The position numbers were made by a program, and so were the translations under genes. Below the pieces are notes generated by a model. It was not told the DNA's origin, did no database searches, and saw only the letters and a list, made by a program, of their open reading frames with translations. Of a stretch of 64,000 nt of DNA, positions 60,572-64,000 are shown piece after piece. Numbering within the stretch: position 1 is the stretch's first letter; every line of letters starts with the position of its first letter. Origin of the DNA: Nitrosopumilus sp. (GTDB lineage Archaea > Thermoproteota > Nitrososphaeria > Nitrososphaerales > Nitrosopumilaceae); the NCBI GenBank assembly GCA_965218785.1, contig OZ244650.1, positions 576,001 to 640,000 of the forward strand, in the 5' to 3' direction.

Positions 60572-62154
60572 CTTTTGATATCTCCAAAACTGCAATTCCC
60601 GTCTCCCCTGGAATATACCTGATGAGGGATTCTGATGAAAATATCATCTATATTGGCAAGGCAAAGAATCTGAAAAACCGTGTAAGATCATATTTCCTGA
60701 AAAACCAGAACTACAAAACCCAGAAACTAGTAGAAAACATCTCTGATATTGAATTTGTCCTGACTAATAATGAAAGCGAGGCATTTCTTTTGGAATCAAA
60801 CATGATAAAAAAACACCGCCCTAAATTCAACATTGAATTAAAAGATCAGCAAAGATACACATATCTTCGAATTTCTGATGAAAAATACCCCAGACTGCTG
60901 GTGGCCAGAAGGACCAGGGATGGAAGATTTTTAGGCAAAGGTCAGACATTCGGACCGTTTACCCAGGGCAGCTCCAAACTGCTTACAATTGGCACGCTAA
61001 GAAAGGCATTTCAAATTAGAATCTGCAAGACCCTTCCAAAAAAGGTGTGTCTGGAATACCATCTGGGGAACTGTGAGGGTCCGTGTGAATTCAAAGACGC
61101 ACAAAAAAGGTACCCCCAGCACGTTGCCGCACTAGGAGACGTTCTAAAGGGGAAAAACCAGGCCCGAATTTTTGCCAAAAAGCTAGAAGAAGAGATGCGT
61201 AATGCCGCTAAAATCCAGCAGTTTGAGCGTGCAAAAGACATACGTGATACCCTGATCCGGCTTGCAAGTCTTCAGACCAAACAAAACATGGAATATGTAA
61301 AAAACTCTGATGAGGAATATTTTGGCATACAGATACAGGAGCACTCTGCCACAATCATGAATTTCAGGATGATTCACGGCGTGATTCGAGACAGTGACAA
61401 GTTCTTTTTTGATCTAGTCGGGGACAACTCTTTTTCAAACTTTCTTTATCAGTATTACACCACACATACAATCCCGAAATTCATCCTTGTAAACACGATT
61501 CCCGGTAATTACAAATTACTGGAATCCCTGCTTTCTGAACAGGCCGGATTCACCGTCAGAATCCAGGTTCCCGCCCGTGGGAAGAAAAAAGACATCCTGA
61601 ATCTGATTTTAAAAAATATCAAGCTGATTCATTCAAAAGGTGGAGATCCCGGAGTGGCAGAATTAAAGGAGATACTAGGCATGTCTGTGACACCCAGGGT
61701 CATTGAATGTTTTGATATCTCAAACCATGGTGCGGACTTTGCAGTGGGGTCTATGGCCAGGTTTGTAGACGGGCAGCCAAACAAATCAGGATACAGAAGA
61801 TTCAAAATCAGGACCGTATCTGGCAGAGACGACTATGCAATGATTGGGGAGATTATCAAGCGAAGATATTATCGGTTACTGGAGGAAAACTCGGAGCTTC
61901 CTGATCTGATTGTAATAGACGGCGGCCGGGGGCAGCTAAACGCAGCTTTGAGATCCCTAGAATCACTTGGATTGGATCTTCCGTGTATTTCATTGGCCAA
62001 AGAAAATGAGGAGGTATTTGCCCCGAGGAGCAAAAACCCCATAGTAATTCCGAAAAACAAACCCTCCTTGAAAATCTTACAGCATGCCCGGGATGAGACT
62101 CATAGATTTGGAGTCGCATACAATAGAACCATTAGAAAAAACAAAATAAAATAA
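60568..62154 (+). CDS. uvrC: Excinuclease ABC subunit C
   Basis: GIY..IYIGKAKNL, ECFDIS, IDGGRGQ, RDETHRF; appears to lack the C-terminal HhH domain. Confidence 0.96.
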   Translation: MTFDISKTAIPVSPGIYLMRDSDENIIYIGKAKNLKNRVRSYFLKNQNYKTQKLVENISDIEFVLTNNESEAFLLESNMIKKHRPKFNIELKDQQRYTYLRISDEKYPRLLVARRTRDGRFLGKGQTFGPFTQGSSKLLTIGTLRKAFQIRICKTLPKKVCLEYHLGNCEGPCEFKDAQKRYPQHVAALGDVLKGKNQARIFAKKLEEEMRNAAKIQQFERAKDIRDTLIRLASLQTKQNMEYVKNSDEEYFGIQIQEHSATIMNFRMIHGVIRDSDKFFFDLVGDNSFSNFLYQYYTTHTIPKFILVNTIPGNYKLLESLLSEQAGFTVRIQVPARGKKKDILNLILKNIKLIHSKGGDPGVAELKEILGMSVTPRVIECFDISNHGADFAVGSMARFVDGQPNKSGYRRFKIRTVSGRDDYAMIGEIIKRRYYRLLEENSELPDLIVIDGGRGQLNAALRSLESLGLDLPCISLAKENEEVFAPRSKNPIVIPKNKPSLKILQHARDETHRFGVAYNRTIRKNKIK

Positions 62155-62173
62155 TAAAAAAGGAAGGTTTTGG

Positions 62174-62764
62174 TTAGCTGACTGTAACACTACCAATCAT
62201 CCATGGATGAACTATGCAGAAATAATCATAGCTGCCTGAATCCTCAAAGGTCTGTGACCAGGGATCAGCTGCTGGCAACATTAGATCACTGTGAAATACC
62301 TCTAATTTTGCATCTGTTGCTATTCCCGCACTTACTGTGTGCACTGCTGTGTCGGCGTTGGTCCATGTTACTGTATCTCCAGCGTTAATTGTGATATCTG
62401 CTGGTATGTAGCATTCGTTGGTTTCCTGACATCCTTGAACACTTGTACCTAGTGGAATCTCGACATCATGTGTTTGTGGTCCTGTTGATTTTTCAGTCTT
62501 TTTCATAACCACGTCTTCACCAAACTCAATACTGGATCCTTCCATGATCATACCATCTGTCATCATTGCATCTTTTTCTTTAATGTCAACCTTCGACTCT
62601 TCATATGGGTCTGTTTGGGTGTCTTGCTCCAAAGTTCTAGTTGGTTCATCTAGAGAAGTATATGATGACGTATCTTGTGTGGAATCTCCATATAATGCAA
62701 TTCCTACACCTATGGCGGCAATTGCAATACTAAATACAACTGCTGCCTTGTCTATACTTGCCAT
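62174..62764 (-). CDS. Membrane-anchored blue copper (plastocyanin-like) protein
   Basis: N-terminal TM segment; GDTVTWTN..HTV and YFCIVHPWM type-1 Cu ligands. Confidence 0.93.
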   Translation of the reverse strand: MASIDKAAVVFSIAIAAIGVGIALYGDSTQDTSSYTSLDEPTRTLEQDTQTDPYEESKVDIKEKDAMMTDGMIMEGSSIEFGEDVVMKKTEKSTGPQTHDVEIPLGTSVQGCQETNECYIPADITINAGDTVTWTNADTAVHTVSAGIATDAKLEVFHSDLMLPAADPWSQTFEDSGSYDYFCIVHPWMIGSVTVS

Positions 62765-62930
62765 AATTGATCCATGACTTGTTATATGCTAAATAAATCT
62801 AATCCTTATTATCGTGTGTATAATTCCATTTTTACACCCATCTGGGGCAGATACTTGGAAAATATCAAAAAATTTGATTTATGGAAAAATCAACGTCAGG
62901 GGATGAGGGGGGATGGGGATAGGTACAGGG

Positions 62931-63230
62931 CAGGAACTGGAGAGAAACAAAAACGTGGTCTCATGGGTTAAAAACGATTATATCGGATTTGTCATAAGAT
63001 GTCTGTATAACGGAATACTGCATATTATTATCCAGATTTTCTGATTCGACTAAAGAACAGTGTAATGCTGGTTCTTGAGATCAAGGGAATTGATGACAAT
63101 CAGAACAAGGAAAAGCGCAGATATCAAGAGGGATGGATAGATATGGTAAATGAGGACGGCAGGTATGGCACCTGGATGTTGGGATGCTGCGTTCCATCCA
63201 AAAAATTCGAGGAATAATTGACAAGCACAA
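62931..63230 (+). pseudogene. C-terminal remnant of a type III restriction endonuclease Res subunit
   Basis: Hand translation: ELERNKNVVSWVKNDYIGF / frameshift / YYPDFLIRL..LVLEIKG..K..WIDMVNEDGRYGTW (PD-(D/E)xK). Confidence 0.75.
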
Positions 63231-64000
63231 CAAGACTCAAGTGTCAGCCAACGAATACCAAATGTCTCAAATGTGGTAAGGTGGGGATCCAGCTAGAATG
63301 AGACCACTTGCATACATACACTTTTTGAGTTGCGACTGTAAAAACATGCAAAAAATGTTCTTATTTAGAAAGATTCACTCTAATCATTTGTTGGTAAAAT
63401 AATCCATTTTATACTTTAAAATTTCAACAAATGATTCAAGATCTTTGATTTCTACAACATTAAACATGAGTCATCTGTTGGAAAATATCCCTATGGTTGT
63501 ATAATTTTGGGGATATCTGATGCATCCGATGAATCGTTAATGAATTTTACGTCGTTGGTGGTATCGACAAGCTGTGTTACAGAGGTCAACCCAATGATGT
63601 CTCTTCATATTTGTGCATTATCACTTTTAGTTCCGCTATAGTATAATCTGTTTTGTACTTATTACCAGTCAATTTCTACCCGATATTATCCAAGTTTTTA
63701 TATAAATGAGTTATGCGTAATCGATCCCAGACGGTAACATTCCGAATGTATAACCTGAAATCAACCACATATTGAGATGCTCCACATACAAAATAAAAAT
63801 TTATACAAAAATTTCTGATTTTTTACAAGATTTGATGTTTGATGTACAGAATCAAGTACGGCATGTGCAGGTGATACAGAAAAATGATCCATATATTTCT
63901 GAATATGTAGTTTTAGCATTACTTTGTAGATGGTAATACTCTTACATACGCATTGCCGTTGTGATTTTCAATAATCTTCACAATTTTAGTTTGCTGAAAC

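Noticed and set aside
1072-62971. Numerous short antisense or nested ORFs in the track
   Set aside because: They are shadows of well-supported genes on the other strand or in another frame

Overview
Chromosomal segment of an ammonia-oxidising archaeon (Nitrososphaerota, Nitrosopumilus-like). The assignment is inferred from gene content: TFB, SRP19/54, S8e/S24e/S27ae, aIF-1A/5A, Gar1, intron-containing tRNAs and a cupredoxin. The core contains sbtAB, tetrapyrrole/heme genes (hemLC-cobA-hemD; sirC-hemA-hemB; fused ahbAB; chdC/hemQ-like), a split SUF system, pgk, apgM, thiDN, scpAB and uvrBAC. Small, often AT-rich accessory inserts and several decayed genes (arsC, serpin, P-loop ATPase, relE, type III Res) sit between the core genes, which suggests a host-associated lineage under relaxed selection. 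The most notable signals not explained by the ORF track are: (1) a foreign ATPase gene with an in-frame TAG, directly followed by a ~780-bp two-letter 9-mer array; (2) a hicBA-like pair bracketed by two directly repeated 41-45 nt hairpins, like a cassette; (3) an unannotated C/D-box sRNA predicted to guide Cm34 of tRNA-Met; (4) a 14-bp motif shared by the sufB and sufC promoters; (5) a coiled-coil protein with an expanded histone-H1-like tail. All family calls come from motif recognition by eye; no database searches were run.
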